This document shows positions 1 through 14,341 of a DNA stretch of 64,000 nucleotides, piece by piece. Positions within the stretch are counted from its first letter, which is position 1. Each line of letters opens with the position of its first letter. The DNA is taken from the NCBI GenBank assembly GCA_037447605.1, contig CM074815.1, positions 1,860,001 through 1,924,000 of the forward strand, in the 5' to 3' direction. Under the pieces are notes generated by a model. That model saw only the letters and a program-made list of their open reading frames with translations. It did not search any database and had not been told where the DNA came from. The translations under genes and the position numbers were made by a program. The DNA is from Zygnema circumcarinatum SAG 698-1b (taxonomy: Eukaryota; Plantae; Zygnematophyceae).

Positions 1-351
1 TTATGACAGGAAAGTCGAATGACATACTATGCGCCTGCAAAAATGTACATACAGAAGTGACCGATACACAACCCTAAAAGTCCATTCCTTCATATCTAGC
101 AACTCAGCTATCCTGACTTAACGATCGCTCCTGAATCCAAACCGGGACAGAAAAATCCTACAGAATGTACACTCCTGCTACCCCTCTCCTGCAATTGGTC
201 GATCGACCGAACGATGGACTGTTGCAAGGCCTTTCCAACAATATGAGTGATGCAAACTGTCCTAAATACATGAGAATTGGTGCAATACATGAACACATGA
301 TGAGCATGATTTACAGGCTGAGGTTCAGGGTACACATGGACGCCCTATACA

Positions 352-3300
352 CTACCAGATGGCCAGATAGCATCCTTTGAGCCCAAACGGAAGCGGCCCC
401 CCCGCAGCCAGTAGCTTGGTGCCACTCGCATCATATCCATGCGTGTACACGGCCTGATGAATGCTCTGCCCTGCAAAGTGGGACTCGTAGACTTCATTTT
501 GCTCCTGCAAGTTGCATCAGAAGGTAAAAAAGGGACCCTGCTACCGACATCAGTATGCAGAAATGAGCACAATCAATGTCACTCACTCACGTATCAAACA
601 GCGCTAACTGTCCGAGGAGAATACGTCCAGTATGCTTTCTTTGGACTATGGGTTAGAGCTCCACGGCTAAGGCTGAAAGCGGGTCACGTCAAGGGAAGAT
701 TGTCGTAGTTCTTCATTAGAGGAAGAACGCATAACGACTACCTGAACAACTGATAGCAACCTTAACCATTCTCTACCCAAAAAAACTGCGCCAATAATAA
801 GCAATACTTTCGTACCTGACCACCTTAGAAAAAAAGCCTATTCGCCATAGTCTGGGATGAACCATGTTTAGGTTAAAGATGTCAGATAAAAAGCCACCTT
901 TTAGATGTCCTTATCCTTATTTGAAGAGTGATGCATAGAAATCATAGGCAGATGAATGAAACTCACCAACGTTCCCTTTCCAGTAGAATACGAGATAAGA
1001 TCGATAGTTCTTGGTGGTATTCGGTGAACCTGAGATAACGCTGCTGCCTGAAACTCGACCGTTGGGGCAGTTTCTGCAATCAATCACAGCTCAAAACTAT
1101 CAGCCTCTTAAGAATGTTGATGTTCTTCATCGTCATCCAGAGCCTGCTACATGTTGCCTGACGATTTTACTGAAAAACGGCCACAACAAAGAAAGAAAAC
1201 CATGCATCCGACAATGCGTGCTGCCACTTACTCAGCTGAATATATTTTTCCGTCCGAAGGTCCAAGAAGGATATTCTGCCTTTGCCACCACCGCAGGTAA
1301 CAACGTTGTCCTTGAAACTTAATGAGCGCACACCTGCATATATTACAGACAAAGAGATGAAGTCAAACACAGCTAGTGGTAGGTCCATGTTAGTTTTAGC
1401 AACAAGTGCAGAAAGACGGAAGTTCCCAGTATAGAGACTTGCCCCAGTTCTCATCAGCCGATCTGAATGTTCTAACGTGTCCACATCTTGCGTCGACAAA
1501 TGCAACAAACGATTGTGATCCGACGGCCACCAGCGAGTGATCCATAGCCAGACACACCAGCTCTCTTTTTTCCGGTAAATCCACTGTACGGTCCTGTAAA
1601 AGCATTCAGATATATTCATGATACAATCCTGTATCTTTTCCTGTCCTTCCCAATGGTTGTCCTCATTCCTCATATCCAGCAACTACAAAACCGCCGGATC
1701 GTTCTCGAAAGGTCAAGCAAGCAGAATAAATCAGCCATGATTGCAGGCACGTTTCTCGAGAAATCATCATAATCAACTCTCCACCTTCCATGCTTGCATC
1801 GCTGTGGGCGACCTGATATGATAGAGAACTGCTAACGAAAGCAATCCCTGTCTATTTGAGAAGTGTAACCCATGGGCATGCTTGAGCGAGCCACAAATCA
1901 AGCCATTAAATGAGCTAATGAGGATGAGATGCAGGTCAGCTCGCTGTCATCAGGCGGTGAAAATCTTACCACTTCCATAACATGTGGATCCCATATTTTG
2001 CAAGTGCCATCGTGACTTAATGTGGCAAGTTTCTGTGCTCACAGACAACCCAAACTAATCAATATGGTTCAGCAAGCATTTCAATGGAACAAAGAATTGC
2101 AAACAGTAAGGCATTAAAGCAAGAGTGCAGGTTTTATTAACCACTGATATTACCTCGGTAGCATCGTGGTATTTCAAATCGCGTATCTTATCCTTGTGAT
2201 CTGTACGAGTGATAATAGGGCTTGCATTTAGAAAAGTCGTGCCAGTAGCTGACCACAGCTTCAGTGATTTATCACGAGATCCTGACTCCGGCCCATATTA
2301 CCCTCAAACTCGATCAGCATAGCACTATCGATGTAGCAAGGGAAAAACTGTATCATCAGATTAGCAAAGCAAGGTTGCTCTATTGGAGCGACCGGTTTTT
2401 CAATACAAATCGAAAATCTCCAGAGCAACATTGAACAATCGTTCAGCCGCATGGACAATGTTGTTCCTTGCAACTAACTAAAGGCGGCAACAGCGAAAAG
2501 GCTTTCCAGAGCTAAACGGTGCATGCGCAAAACTGCAGACTCCATCATGAAAGCTATGCGACATCGCATGTACAATAACCAGCTGATAATGAAATACTGG
2601 CTCCAGACACTATTGTACAATTGCATTTTATGTCTATTGCTTTAGATCAAACTGTAAGGGCACTCACCGGTGGCAACAACGGTGCTCGTCAACCAAGCCG
2701 TTGCAAACATCCAGTCCTTGTGACCCTGGAAAATTGTGCAAGATTAAGTTCAGAAAAGCACTCAATTTCACCCTGGTTTCTTGGACATGCTCCAATGATT
2801 TGAATAACTAGTGCCAGCACGGTTGAACATCGAGTATGCAAAGAACGGCACAGAACTTCACTGCGTTAAAGCACGGGCTTGAAGAGATGTTCAAATACAC
2901 CCTCGAGATATCACAAATTTTGCATGTAGCTCTTGCAGATAAGAGAGCACAATTTAATGCCGCACTTACGAAGAGCAGTGATACAGGCTCAAAAGATGGC
3001 AATCGAAAGATTGCAGTGTCGCATGGATTGGCTGCTCCGGTAGCCAGCAACGTCCCTTCGTTGTTGATGGCTCTGGAGAAAAGCAAGTTAAGGCTAGAAT
3101 CCAACTCAGTAATTCACCGGCAGACCGAAACAACAGTGAATTGCTACCACACCAAGATTGTTGCGGTTTTACATGGACCGAATAGCAGTATAACTATGGT
3201 TCTGTTATTCAAGCTCTTCAACCAGTAAAGCAATTTCCATTCTGAAGCTGTCCGGTGGAGTGAGGATACATTGAATGAATTCCGCAAGTTTCTATCTGTG

Positions 3301-3803
3301 TTTCCCCTGGCTGCGACCAAGGTCGACACGGTAACGGAATTTCCACTCTCTTGTGTGTTGAAGAATCCCATCTGACGAGTTTGTTGTCTTTGGTTCCCAC
3401 AACAAAGCTGCAGTGATCAAGCCAGGCTGATGCAAAAACTTTGTCGTAGGAATTAAGGCCACTAAGTTCCCGCTCCTTCAAAGCCCCAGGAATTATCGGA
3501 GCTACCCGCTCCTTGCATAACCGTTTCTCGCTCCTGAAAAAACAAAAAAGAGAAAGGAAGGAGGGTTGGGTGGGGTGGCAGTTGATTAATCACGCAGCAA
3601 GCTGGCTATCTTTTGATAAGCCACGTTCACAAACCTTCTGAGACTAACAGGAATTAGAAATGATTAAATAAAATCACTTGCTTGGAGAAAAAGAAGTAAA
3701 AGAACACTAAACGTAGTGTTGGTGGTGAATACTGTATGTAGGAAGAATTCTTGACTTACCCACAGTTTGCCATAATCTCCCTTTTCTCGATAAACTTCAG
3801 CAT
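352..3803 (-). CDS. DCAF12: DCAF12-like WD40 protein (candidate CUL4-DDB1 substrate receptor), multi-exon
   Basis: Exon 1 MLKFIEKREIMANCG joins in phase to SEKRLCKERVAPIIPGALKERELSGLNSYDKVFASAWLDHCSFVVGTKDNKL. Internal exons include TLLATGAANPCDTAIFRLPSFEP and ELVCLAMDHSLVAVGSQSFVAFVDAR. Last exon AVYTHGYDASGTKLLAAGGPLPFGLKGCYLAIW* (TAG at 352-354). The N- and C-terminal motifs match my recollection of DCAF12. Confidence 0.82.
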
Positions 3804-4973
3804 TTTCTCCGTCTTCTGGAGTTCTCCAGGCAGTTCCTTGAATGAAGAGGAGCATTTCAATGACCTTGCAACACGCGAACCTCAAGTCTGATTCCAGTCT
3901 TCAACCACACCCTCGCAGTTGCAGTTCATCCATCATACGTTAACCCGAAAGCATTAAGCTCAGTCTCTGTAGCCTTCACTATTGAGTGCGAGTCCTCCTT
4001 CAATACAATATCCACCCTTTATCAAACAGCCATTTCTCCCGCATTGAGCTACAGGACGCTCCGCTTCCGCTGACTACTCGCCCTGAAGCGCTCAAGGCGT
4101 GACATCTTCGTTGAGGAAAATCGTCCGCGCGCTGCGCCTATTCGTGCTTCTGCGCCTGCAACTCTGAGCAGGTCTTCTAACCCTTATCCCTTCCTCTCAA
4201 TGCCTGTCTTGATCACGCTGATCAGATAGGCGTGCAGTCTTTCGTTTGCGACTTCTTGTGATCGTTTGGTGGTGAGAGTAGTTTGTATTTTTGGTCACCA
4301 AGAAAATATTGCTAACGCAGGTGGTCTCCTCTCCTATGAGAGGAAGCAAATATGGTATTTTTTTTTGGTTATGATAGGATAGGCACGTCTGGTTTATTAG
4401 ACAAGGAAAATAAAATGAACCAGGAAGGAGTTTGACACTTTTTGAGACCGAGCTTCAGGACAAAAGGGCAATCGATCAATGGCAATTCATTCCTTCCAGC
4501 TTGAGGACCTTCATTTTAGCTTCACCTTCGTTTGGTGTGCTGGTTGAAAATGGAAACGATTTTTTGACTACGAAGAGCCTTACAATAGCATTACAATAAC
4601 TTAAGGAAATTAAAAGTGTGCGAAAGAACCAACTGTATTGCTTCATTACACTGGAAATAACCAACATATGGAGCTAAGGCTCATCTGCAAAATTCCTTTA
4701 TAAACCGTTTCAATCAAAGAGTCTACTTACTGCATGTCAATCATTTTTTGTCGACAAACATAAAGCGCGAATGGAAAAAAAGTCAACTACTTTCATTATG
4801 CAACATGGTGAGCTGTTCGTTCAGCGACTACTGGCACCATCTAAAGAAAAAAATACAATAAGGAAGGCCAAAGGTTTAGAAAAGACGGTAGAATAGGCCT
4901 TTTACCACTGATAGCCCCTGATTGTTCCAGCCCTTAATCTGCTGTAACGTGTTTGGTTATCCAGATAGCAACA

Positions 4974-7129
4974 ATGGCTTCTGTGTCTTCACTTGCTCGG
5001 CTCATCACCTTCGACATTGATGGAACCCTCATTGGGGCTGTGGGAAAGCACACCAACCGCATGCACAAGAATGCGTACTCTTATGCCTTCAAGAAGCTTT
5101 TTGGTATCGATGGCACGATTGATGCAATCAATCATCATGGCAGTACTGATCCATCAGTTGCAATCAGAACGCTCGCACATTACGGTGTACCTATCCAGGT
5201 GCCAGCTTTCAACAGGGCTGTTTTCCCCAGGGCTGCTAATTCACTAAAGTACTTGAGTGCAGTCCACTAGGAAATGTGGCTCTGGCATCGATATCCTTTA
5301 CTGCTTTCTATCGAGCCCAGCTCTAGCTGATTTAGCAGCAGCTACAAATTATCGATAGGAAAAATGTTTATGCACCTTTCTATAGCAGTGCAATCTGGCA
5401 TGCTTGTCCGAATTTGCCTGGTCGCATAACATCTTGGAGATCAGAGCAACTGGCTTCTTGTTGCTATGTTTTTGATGTTGGTACATTACACGGGATCAAT
5501 ACTCACTTTCTAAGGATTCACAGGAGGCTTCAGGTCGAACGGAAGAAATCAAGCAAACCATGGTGGAGTATGCTTTGAGTCACAAGGAAGAGGCTGGAGA
5601 AGGACTGGTCGTGCTCCCAGGCGTTGAAACTTTGCTGAAGGATCTGGCAGGACGCTCGAATGTTGCATTTGGCCTCGTAAGCATTTTTCTTCTGACGTTC
5701 TATCTTGCTCGTGCAGTGAAGTTAGTTTTTTGTTCTTACATTTTGACACATTGGAATTCGTCATTTGCTAGCAAAATGTAATAGCGTGACTGTGGTCCAT
5801 GTCCCTACGGAGAAAGTAATGTTGTATCCATGAAACTTGGCGGCAGATATTAATTGAATGTGTCATACTTGGTCAAAGCCGGAATGAAATATTTCTTCAA
5901 GCTTCAGCGTTTGGACTACTAAGTTGGAGCTTAGAGTATGTGTCTGAAGCTCAACACGAATTATCTCACATCTCGTTCTAGCATTTCTAGATTGGCACTT
6001 GTGAGAATTATGAGCATAGCCATCTATAGTGAATTCTGAGTCAAAGAGAAAGGCTTTCAGTGCATTATGCTGGCCCTGGTTCCACGTTTTGGAGGTAAAT
6101 TGCAACGTGAAGAAAAAGCATTTGTGTTGACTTTCCACTGTTGTTTATGGATGGCAGCTTTGAAGCTTATAAATGATAGAAGATGAAGGGTCGGATGACT
6201 ATCTTCATAACAAACCTTGTAGTACCCGCCTGTGAGTAGAGATGTAACATCGATCAGTTGGCAGCGTTCTCCAGAAAAGTTGGATGCTTTGACTTGAAAT
6301 GTTTGCAATCTCTTGAATGTTGCAATAATCTGCATTGGCTCTAACTGAAGGAGGAGCTGGTGGATGGGTGCAGGTGACAGGCAACTTGGAAGACATTGCA
6401 TGGCTAAAGGTTCAGGCATTGGGACTAAAATCACACTTCAGCACTCCCCTGTTCGGAGGGTGAGACTCTCCACTTGCCTTCAGTTCTGTCGCTCTGAAGA
6501 GTCTACAAAGCTTTGCTTGCCTAAAGTGAACACCTAGAATGGAGCTTGTGAGTTCTACATTAACAGCATGGTAATTCCATTAAGTACATCTACATCGCTA
6601 AGGGCTGAAGATGAAACTCACATGGCTTCTTTAGAGCGAGCAGATTTGGAAGCGACCACATCGAACGAGGGGAGCTTGTTCGTATTGCAGCTCGTCGTGC
6701 CATCCAATTGGCACCCCCTGCAGGCTTTGGCTTGCAGATCCATGTTGGCGACACGGTACGGAGTTCTGTCCTATCCCTCGCCTTACCTGTTTAACCAATG
6801 CTTGTAGGTGAAGGATGGGTTAAGTAGGCCTGGGATATGATGGAACACCATCATATCTGAAGGCTTTGTGGAACAGGTTGTTGCCAAGAATAGATTGCCT
6901 CTTCCAATGCTGGCCCTCGTGGTGGAATGGGGCTTTGCTGCTGCAGCCGGCAGACATACAAGCGGCTGGCCAAGCTGGTGCACATGCTATTGGAGTATGC
7001 ACTGGAGCCTATTCACGGGCAGAGCTGGAGGCTGTTGCACACGAAGTTGCTGCAAGTAATGGGGCCACGATTTTGGATGACTTGGCAGACTCCGAAGCCT
7101 TCCTGCGAGCTTGTCAGATGGAGCCGTAG
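4974..7129 (+). CDS. HAD-superfamily hydrolase (phosphoglycolate phosphatase-like), multi-exon
   Basis: Motif I ITFDIDGTL, then HHGSTD, VLPGVETLL, motif II VTGNLEDIAWLK, FGSDHIERGELV and motif IV HVGDT|PADIQAA. Exons are bounded by GT-AG; stop at 7129. Confidence 0.88.
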
Positions 7130-7964
7130 CGTTGCCATTCATTCAAACTGCGTGCTTCCTTCTTTCTTCGCCCCTGAAGCATCGTCATTGATCGCAGCAT
7201 TTTATTTAATTCTTTCTCAAGGCCTTCGGCTGCCACTTATGAACGTGTGTTTTGCTTCGTTAAGCTCCAAGGAGTCGAAATAACAAAAGGGTAAAACGAC
7301 CCCATCCTCTTTATGGGATGATTTTCCATTCGTGGCATAGCATTCGCATGGTACATGGTTTGTGCGGAACGCTATCAAAGTTGAGAACTCCGAGCAGGTA
7401 GACATGCCTTTTTTCTCACGATTCGGAGATCTAGAAATTTAATCAGTCACAGGGGACGCAGTTCGTCCTGTTTCTTGTGGGCACGCAATCACTGAGGCCC
7501 ACCCTAATTTGCTACAAGGCCAAAGAGTCTACATGCCGGAAACAGTGTGGGCCTCAAAGGTTGACGTGAGGGCGCACTTTGGCCCAGAGGAGGCCCTCGT
7601 TCTATGCGGGTTTCTATGTGACAGTTGAGACGTCTCCAGTATAACTAACTCTTCAACGGACCGCTGTCGTCCCAATTCGGCAAGGGCCAGAGCCGCTCGC
7701 AAACACAAACACAAGCACTAACATAACAAAAAGAGCTTTAGGCTAAACTAGAGCCAATGAAAATGTGCCACGTGTGCAAATTGGGCACGTGACGTACTGT
7801 TATTGGCGACCGAGGTGCTCCGTTGAGCCATGAGACGGGGTGGGTCATGACCTGCCCATGGCCCCACGCAGGGACACAAGGGAGCTGGCCGTTGACCTTC
7901 GCGCCTTCCAGGCGTCTTCTTCTTCCCTTCCCTGGCCAGGCGCCGGAGGCTCTGTTGGCAAGCC

Positions 7965-9614
7965 ATGGAGGGCGATTGGAGGATAAACTTGCCGGCCGAG
8001 TCGCGCCAGAGGATAGTTCGGAAAATGTGAGCTCACTCTCTTGTTTTGGCTATGGCCCGGGAAGGAGGGAAAGTCGATGTGTGGTGGCAGCTAATCGGCG
8101 TTTGAAGGGTGCTGCTGTTGCGAGGGCTTTGAGTCACCATGCATTGACAGTTGTCCTTTTGAGTCTGTTTGGCGCTGAAGAATGCGTCGATATTGCTGTT
8201 TGCATGACAGTACGGAGACTCTGCAACGGCATGTTCAGACTTCAGCCACGCAGATGAATGAATTGGTGAAAATTGCAGCGTCGTTTGAGCAGAAAACCTT
8301 TGCTACGTCAACGGATCAGGTGGGCTTTTGTTGTGACACTTTCAAGCCAAAAGCTGCTGAAAGTCCGAGCTGAGCTATTTATGGAGACAACTCAACTGTC
8401 CACAACCTGTCCTGTCTTCGTTAATTTCGACCTGCTGTCCCAATTGAAACTGACAACTTTTGCTTCATTAGCACAAAGCATTAGCATTCATTTACGTGTG
8501 GCATTTCATTGATTCGTTCTCCTTTCTTCTTCGAAAGCCATCATTGGGTCTAGTTGATTGAGCACGTATACGTCTTATCAGGGAACATGTATTTTCTGTA
8601 GGCTACCTATTTATTGTTACTGAGACTTGAGAGAACGAAGCTGAAATATGGACCGAGTGCTTGGACCGCCTTCAAGGACTTGAGAAGTCTGGCGGCTACA
8701 ACTAGTTGAAAGCAGCTGAAATTTCATACAGGCTGTGATTGATTGCCAACTCACCTGCATGTTCCTTTCTATTGGTCTATTGGCAATCCTATTTGTCTAC
8801 GTGCAACGGTTTGCAATATGAAACCTGCTTTCCTCATCCCTGACGTTTTCATTCTATGCCATGTGTCCTATGAACAGCAAGATTATCTGCGGAAGATATC
8901 TCTTAAAATGTTGTCCTTTGAAAACAAAAATCAGCAAAGGAACCAGGCTGCTGCTGGAAATGCTCCATCCTCATCCCAGAATTCTACAGGAAATTCCTCC
9001 ATTGGCATGGTGGATCCGGGTAAGCTGTCAGTACTCGCAGACGCCTCATGGAAAGATTGATTAGTCAGTACCCGGACGTTTCCAGGCGGTGCATCAAATG
9101 ATACCACCGCTCTTGTTCAGATTGCGTACTTTGCAGATTTAATGGGAAATGTGCAGCTGCGACGCAGTGTTTCATTTCAATGATTGGATTTAGACACTGA
9201 ATGTTGATTCTGCATACACTTGGTTCGATTTTTGCTCATTGACCTCTTTCCATTGTGTGGCAGCCGTGCTGGCTCAAAGAAATCAGCAGCGTCAGCAACA
9301 GTTGGTCCCTGGGCAAGTAGTAGGTCAGCCTCAGCGTCAGATGACCCCTGGTCTGCCAAACACCATGGTAGTGCCTTCGCCGCTGAATACTGGCATTACC
9401 TCAGTAACTGGCATGGCGGATACAGGTCTCACTACAATGGGACAATCCCTTCCGCCGCCTGCTATGCTCAATAGCGTTCAGACTCAGGCTCAGGCTCAAC
9501 AGCGGCAGCGGGTCCAACAGCAACAGGATCAGCAACACTTGCACTTGCTGCAGCAGCAACAGCAGCAGAAGATGCTGATGCATCGGCAACAACAACAGCA
9601 ACAGCAGCAGCAGC

Positions 9615-9648
<34 letters not shown>

Positions 9649-9690
9649 GCAACAGCAACAGCAACAGCAAGAACAACAACAGCAGTTGCA

Positions 9691-9721
<31 letters not shown>

Positions 9722-10806
9722 CAACAACAGATGGCTCAGCAGCACCAAAAGCAGCAACTGCAGCAGCAGCAATCTGGGGTTTTACAGCAGCAGAAAGGTA
9801 GCTTGCAGCAGCAACAACAGCAACACCAACAACAGCAGCTACTTCAGCAGCAGTTGCTCAACAAACAGCAGGCCGAGATGCTGCATGTCAGGCAGCAACA
9901 GCAGCAGCAACAGCAACAACAACAGCAACAAGCAACAATTGCATTGCAGCAGCAACGACTTCAACAGCAGCAGCAGCAGAATGCACAGCCCAACGGCCAA
10001 GGACCCCTCCAACAACAGCAGCAAAGAATGCAGCAACAACTTCAGCGGACGAATCTTGTTGACGGCTCTGTTGCCCTAGATACTTCTGATGCAGTATGGC
10101 AGAAGGTACGGTGACTCAAATCAACCATTTATATCCATCTCGGATGAACCCTCGAGGGGAGTGTATTCTTTTGCGGATGTTTTTGAAGCTTCCTGATACT
10201 CTTTATTCTTATGTCTTTCCGCCCATTATGACGCAGTTGCAACTGCTTAAGGAGAAATATTTGAAGGATCTGACCGAGGTCCATAACTTCTTGATGATTA
10301 AAAGCCAGCAGGTTTGCCTCGCCCCTCATGTTCTAATGTTATGGCTGCATCCAACTCTTTTCACGATGTAGACTTGTGCTGAAGTGTCACTGTGTGCGTG
10401 CGCGCATTTATGCGATTTCTGCCTGCAGTTGTTTGTGTAAATGATGTAGAGTACTAGTCGGTTAGACTTTACAGCATATGACTAATATGTGGAGGGTTGC
10501 GGGGTGTTGAGCAGGCAATGGCTTCCGATCAAGCTGCCAAATTAAAGCAATACAAAGACATGGTGTTCCGCTTGATTCCATACCTCACTCTCACTCGTGA
10601 TAAGCTTCCTAGAGAGCTGACCTCGGAGAAGTTATCTGTGCTTGAGAAGCAGATCTGTCAGGTGATGGAAACCTTCAAGAAGAGACGAGCAACGACGAGT
10701 CAGCAACAACAGCAACAACAACAGCAGCAGCATCAGCAGCAACAACAACAACAACAACAACAACAGCAGCAGCAGCAACAACAACAACAACAACAGCAGC
10801 AGCAGC

Positions 10807-10846
<40 letters not shown>

Positions 10847-10961
10847 GCAACAGCAGCAACAACAGCAGCAGCAACAGCAGCAACAACAGCAACAGCAACA
10901 GCAGCAACAACAACAACAACAGCAAAAACAACAGCAACAACAGCAACAACAACAACAGCAA

Positions 10962-10995
<34 letters not shown>

Positions 10996-11100
10996 TACAG
11001 CAGCAGGCGCAGTCGACTCCTATGCCCTCTGTAAATTCTCAACAGCAGCATGTGCATCTGGCTCAATTCCAGGCACATCTCCAGCAGCAGCAGCAGCAGC

Positions 11101-11160
<60 letters not shown>

Positions 11161-14100
11161 TGCAACAACAGCAGCAACTACAACAGCAGCAGCAGCAACA
11201 ACAACAGCAACAAATACAGTTGCAACAACAGCATCAGCTAGAAGTCAAGGCTCCGCTTGCTCCGAAATCCCAACAACAGATTCAACAGGAGCAAGAGCGG
11301 CAGCGGCAGCAGCAACAGCAACAGCAACTTGTCACTGGCCAGGAACAGATCGCGGCGCAATTGCACAAACAACCCCTTATACAAAAGGAGCAGCTGATTC
11401 AACAACAGCTCAAGCTTGAAACTCACCAGTCGGAGGAGGCAGCACGAAAGCCGCAACAAGATGAGGCCTTGCTCGCTAAGCAGCAGTATCTCATGCAGCA
11501 GCAGCAGCAGCAGCAAAAGCCTGTTAAACTGGAGGCCAAAGCGGAAGTAAAGGTAGATCTAAAACCGAACCCTTCTCAAACCAATTCCCACCGCAGTAAA
11601 ATCATTCAGCATGAACTTGGGATGCAGCAGCAGCAGCAGCAGCAGCTGTTGTTGCCCACATCTTCCCTTCTGAGAGACCAACCTTCCTCGGATTCTTCTG
11701 TTGCGCAGCCTGCTCCTGCACAGCTACCGCGAGTGACCACTCCCGTCCCGTCTCCAGCTGCCCCCTATAATCTTTCTCCTGGGAATTTGAACGTATCTAA
11801 CTCATCTGTCATTGATTCCGAAACATTGAGAGGTCCGACTGCAGCGGCGAATGCAATTGCCACACCGGGTACAGTTCAATCTATGGCAATCTACACGCCG
11901 GGTATCTCAGCTTCGCCTATGTTGGATGCCCCTGCCAGCCCAGCTTCAGGGTTGCCAACAGCGGGTTTAGAGCAGGGAAAAATTTTGGCAGTTCAGGAGG
12001 ACCCTCTGCAGGTTCTCTGCAAAATGGTAAGGTCAATTTCTGACTTGTGACGACGCAACAATCCTAAGCTTTCCTACGCATGTAATTTGACGGAATTTTA
12101 GCTCAAGGCTGCCATGTTTCTCTCGAGTTGGAATTAGGAGTGTTTTGTATGGTATTGAAATGCAATGGCGTAAAACGAGAAATCAGCACTTATGAACGGT
12201 TTGGCCAGCTCTGAAGTAGTTCGGGACGTGGAAGCAAAGTTCCTCCTCCTCGGTACTTTCGCCTGCAGTTGAGAGGCTGGAAATAACATTCCCACCTGTT
12301 TGAAAATTCGAATCTAAAACTCGTTATGCGTTGTAACGAGTGAAATGAAATATGGCTATTCGTGCAAACAGTGCTGCCACTGTGGATTGGAAGCGATCTC
12401 TGTGGAGCCCAAATGTTCCTTTGTTGAATTGCGTCCTGTGAAGTTTCAGTTTCCACACTGACAACACATTATCCACTTTGGTGTTTGACTATTCCAGCTG
12501 GACACTATGGAGTCGTCATCTTCAACTGCTTACTGTACAGCAATCGAAGATATGGAAGCTGTAATGCAGGGAGGGGATTGCGTTGCTGCGGCTGCACCTG
12601 CAGGCGGGTGTAGAGGGGCCCTTGGAGATGATTTGGCAGCCACTACACGAGTGAGAGTGGAAAGTCGTGCAGCACGGGTTGCCACTCCCCGCAGCAATAG
12701 TGGGCAAAGAAAGGGAAGGAAACGAGTGGTGGAATCACTCGCAGTGGGGTTAGTTGATGAGAAGGGCAGCATGACAAGTTTTTTGGCAAAGGGATGGACT
12801 GCTGGTGGAGTAAACTTCGAGAAAAGGTCCAAGCGACACAGGGTAGGGCCTTCAAGTCTTCCTTTTGTAGACTTTGAACTCTTGTTGGGTTACTGTTGGC
12901 TTATGCTTATTGATGGGTATTCTGAGCCAGTTGAGGACCTCAGAACCTTGATACTGATGACAGAACAGCTTTCATCACAATAACTTCTGAATTAATCAAT
13001 TTCAATCTCACCACTTCACTTTTGAGAATGCGTCAGCTGATCAGGGCCCTCACGTGTGCTGCTGCAGTTTGGACAGACATTGAAGGAGGAAATACTTGCT
13101 GTGAATAGCTCACTGTTGGACACAGAGGTAGAGGTGGGCGAAGACAGGATGGAACAGTCTTATATTTATGATACCCGAGCGGAGCTTGTGAACTGCACGT
13201 TTTCCAATCCTGCTGTATGTTCTCTATCTCTCCCTTTTTCCGTACCTAGGGTTTCAAGTCCTCACATGTCACCTCTAAACACTTTCTCACAAGTCTTATG
13301 TGCCACTGGTTGATGAGCGGGTCATTGGTTTCAATAGCTTTTTGCATCTGCCAGTAATGCTGGTAGTGCGGTTAACAATGAAGGGACCGAGTCAATCCTT
13401 AGTTCATTCGGGCCGAGGAACAAAGCGGAGGAGCAAGGTTCTGCAGTTTTGTCTTGATTGTCATATACATGTCCACAATAGATATTGTCAGGGCAGTGTG
13501 CCTTTGTTACAGTGCACAATCGAGCTGCAGTCGCTTCCTAGTTGGGATTTTTAGTAAATATTTGTAAACGGATAGAATAGTCTGTGCGCCCTTCTTATGG
13601 ATAATCTATGTACTATATACCTATATACCTATACCTATACCTACCTATATACCTATCTATGTACCTATGTACTTGTTTTCATTGATTGTCGCTGCCGACT
13701 TGGTTATTGTCTATGACAAAGTGCCTCGCGCCTGCTGTTTGTCATTTTTTCATATGCTTCTCGCACTGTTGAATACAGGTTGGCGAACTCAAACTGCGTT
13801 TGTTGGTGCCATTGGAATATCCGGAGTGCCCACCTCTTGTCCATTCTGCTGAATCGTCTCAAGTGTCAAGGTTTGTCTATTTATCCTCAGCGATGCAAAA
13901 GAGGGAGAGGGTGGAAAAGGGAGAAGGGGGAAAGGGAGGGGGGGGGGGGGGGGGGGGGNNNNNNNNNNGGGGGGGGGGGAGAGGTGGAGGTAAAAACTCT
14001 TGAAGGAATTCTTCCGTTTAGTTCATTGCCTTACTACTCATTGCCGCCACTTTTCCCGTTGCTTCCTTTCGCCATATTATTTATGTTTTACATTGCATAG

Positions 14101-14341
14101 CAGTGCTTTGAGAGGGCTCTCTGTTGATGCTGAATGCAGCTCCTTCCTCTTAGAGCAAGCTGAAGAGGAGTTGATGAGCTCTCTGCGGAGCATCGAGGGC
14201 CCTATGTCCATCGCTTCCGTGGCTCGGGAGTGGGACAGCTGTGCCCGCTCGGTCCTCTCCAAGGCGGCTCGGGAGCGCGGAGGGGGAGGGCTCAGTGCAT
14301 GTCTGGGCACATGGCAGGAGTGTGTGCTAACCGGAAGCTGA
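7965..14341 (+). CDS. MED15: Mediator subunit 15 (KIX domain, polyQ region, MED15 C-terminal domain)
   Basis: KIX split over in-phase exons: MEGDWRINLPAESRQRIVRKI|TETLQRHVQ...NELVKIAASFEQKTF|DYLRKISLKMLSFENK. Central LKEKYLKDLTEVH and KLKQYKDMVFRLIPYL. C-terminal GALGDDLAATTRVR, LRLLVPLEYP and SIASVAREWDSCARSV...GGGLSACLGTW; stop at 14341. Confidence 0.92.
9575..10040 (+). repeat. Coding CAG/CAA tracts (first polyQ region of MED15)
   Basis: Mixed CAG/CAA runs in frame with ORF 9239..10114. Confidence 0.95.
10701..11240 (+). repeat. Coding CAG/CAA tracts (second polyQ region of MED15)
   Basis: 10Q-H-64Q-K-22Q-L from 10701 to 10997, followed by a further tract that includes a long (CAA)n run near 11100-11160. 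Confidence 0.95.
13959..13968. other. Assembly gap (10 N) inside a poly-G run
   Basis: N run seen directly. Similar gaps at 44736-44745 and 56813-56822 also sit next to G/C homopolymer or low-complexity tracts. Confidence 0.99.

Noticed and set aside
9401-11516. Minus-strand poly-Leu and alternative-frame poly-Ser/Asn ORFs
   Set aside because: These are shadow frames of the MED15 CAG/CAA tracts.
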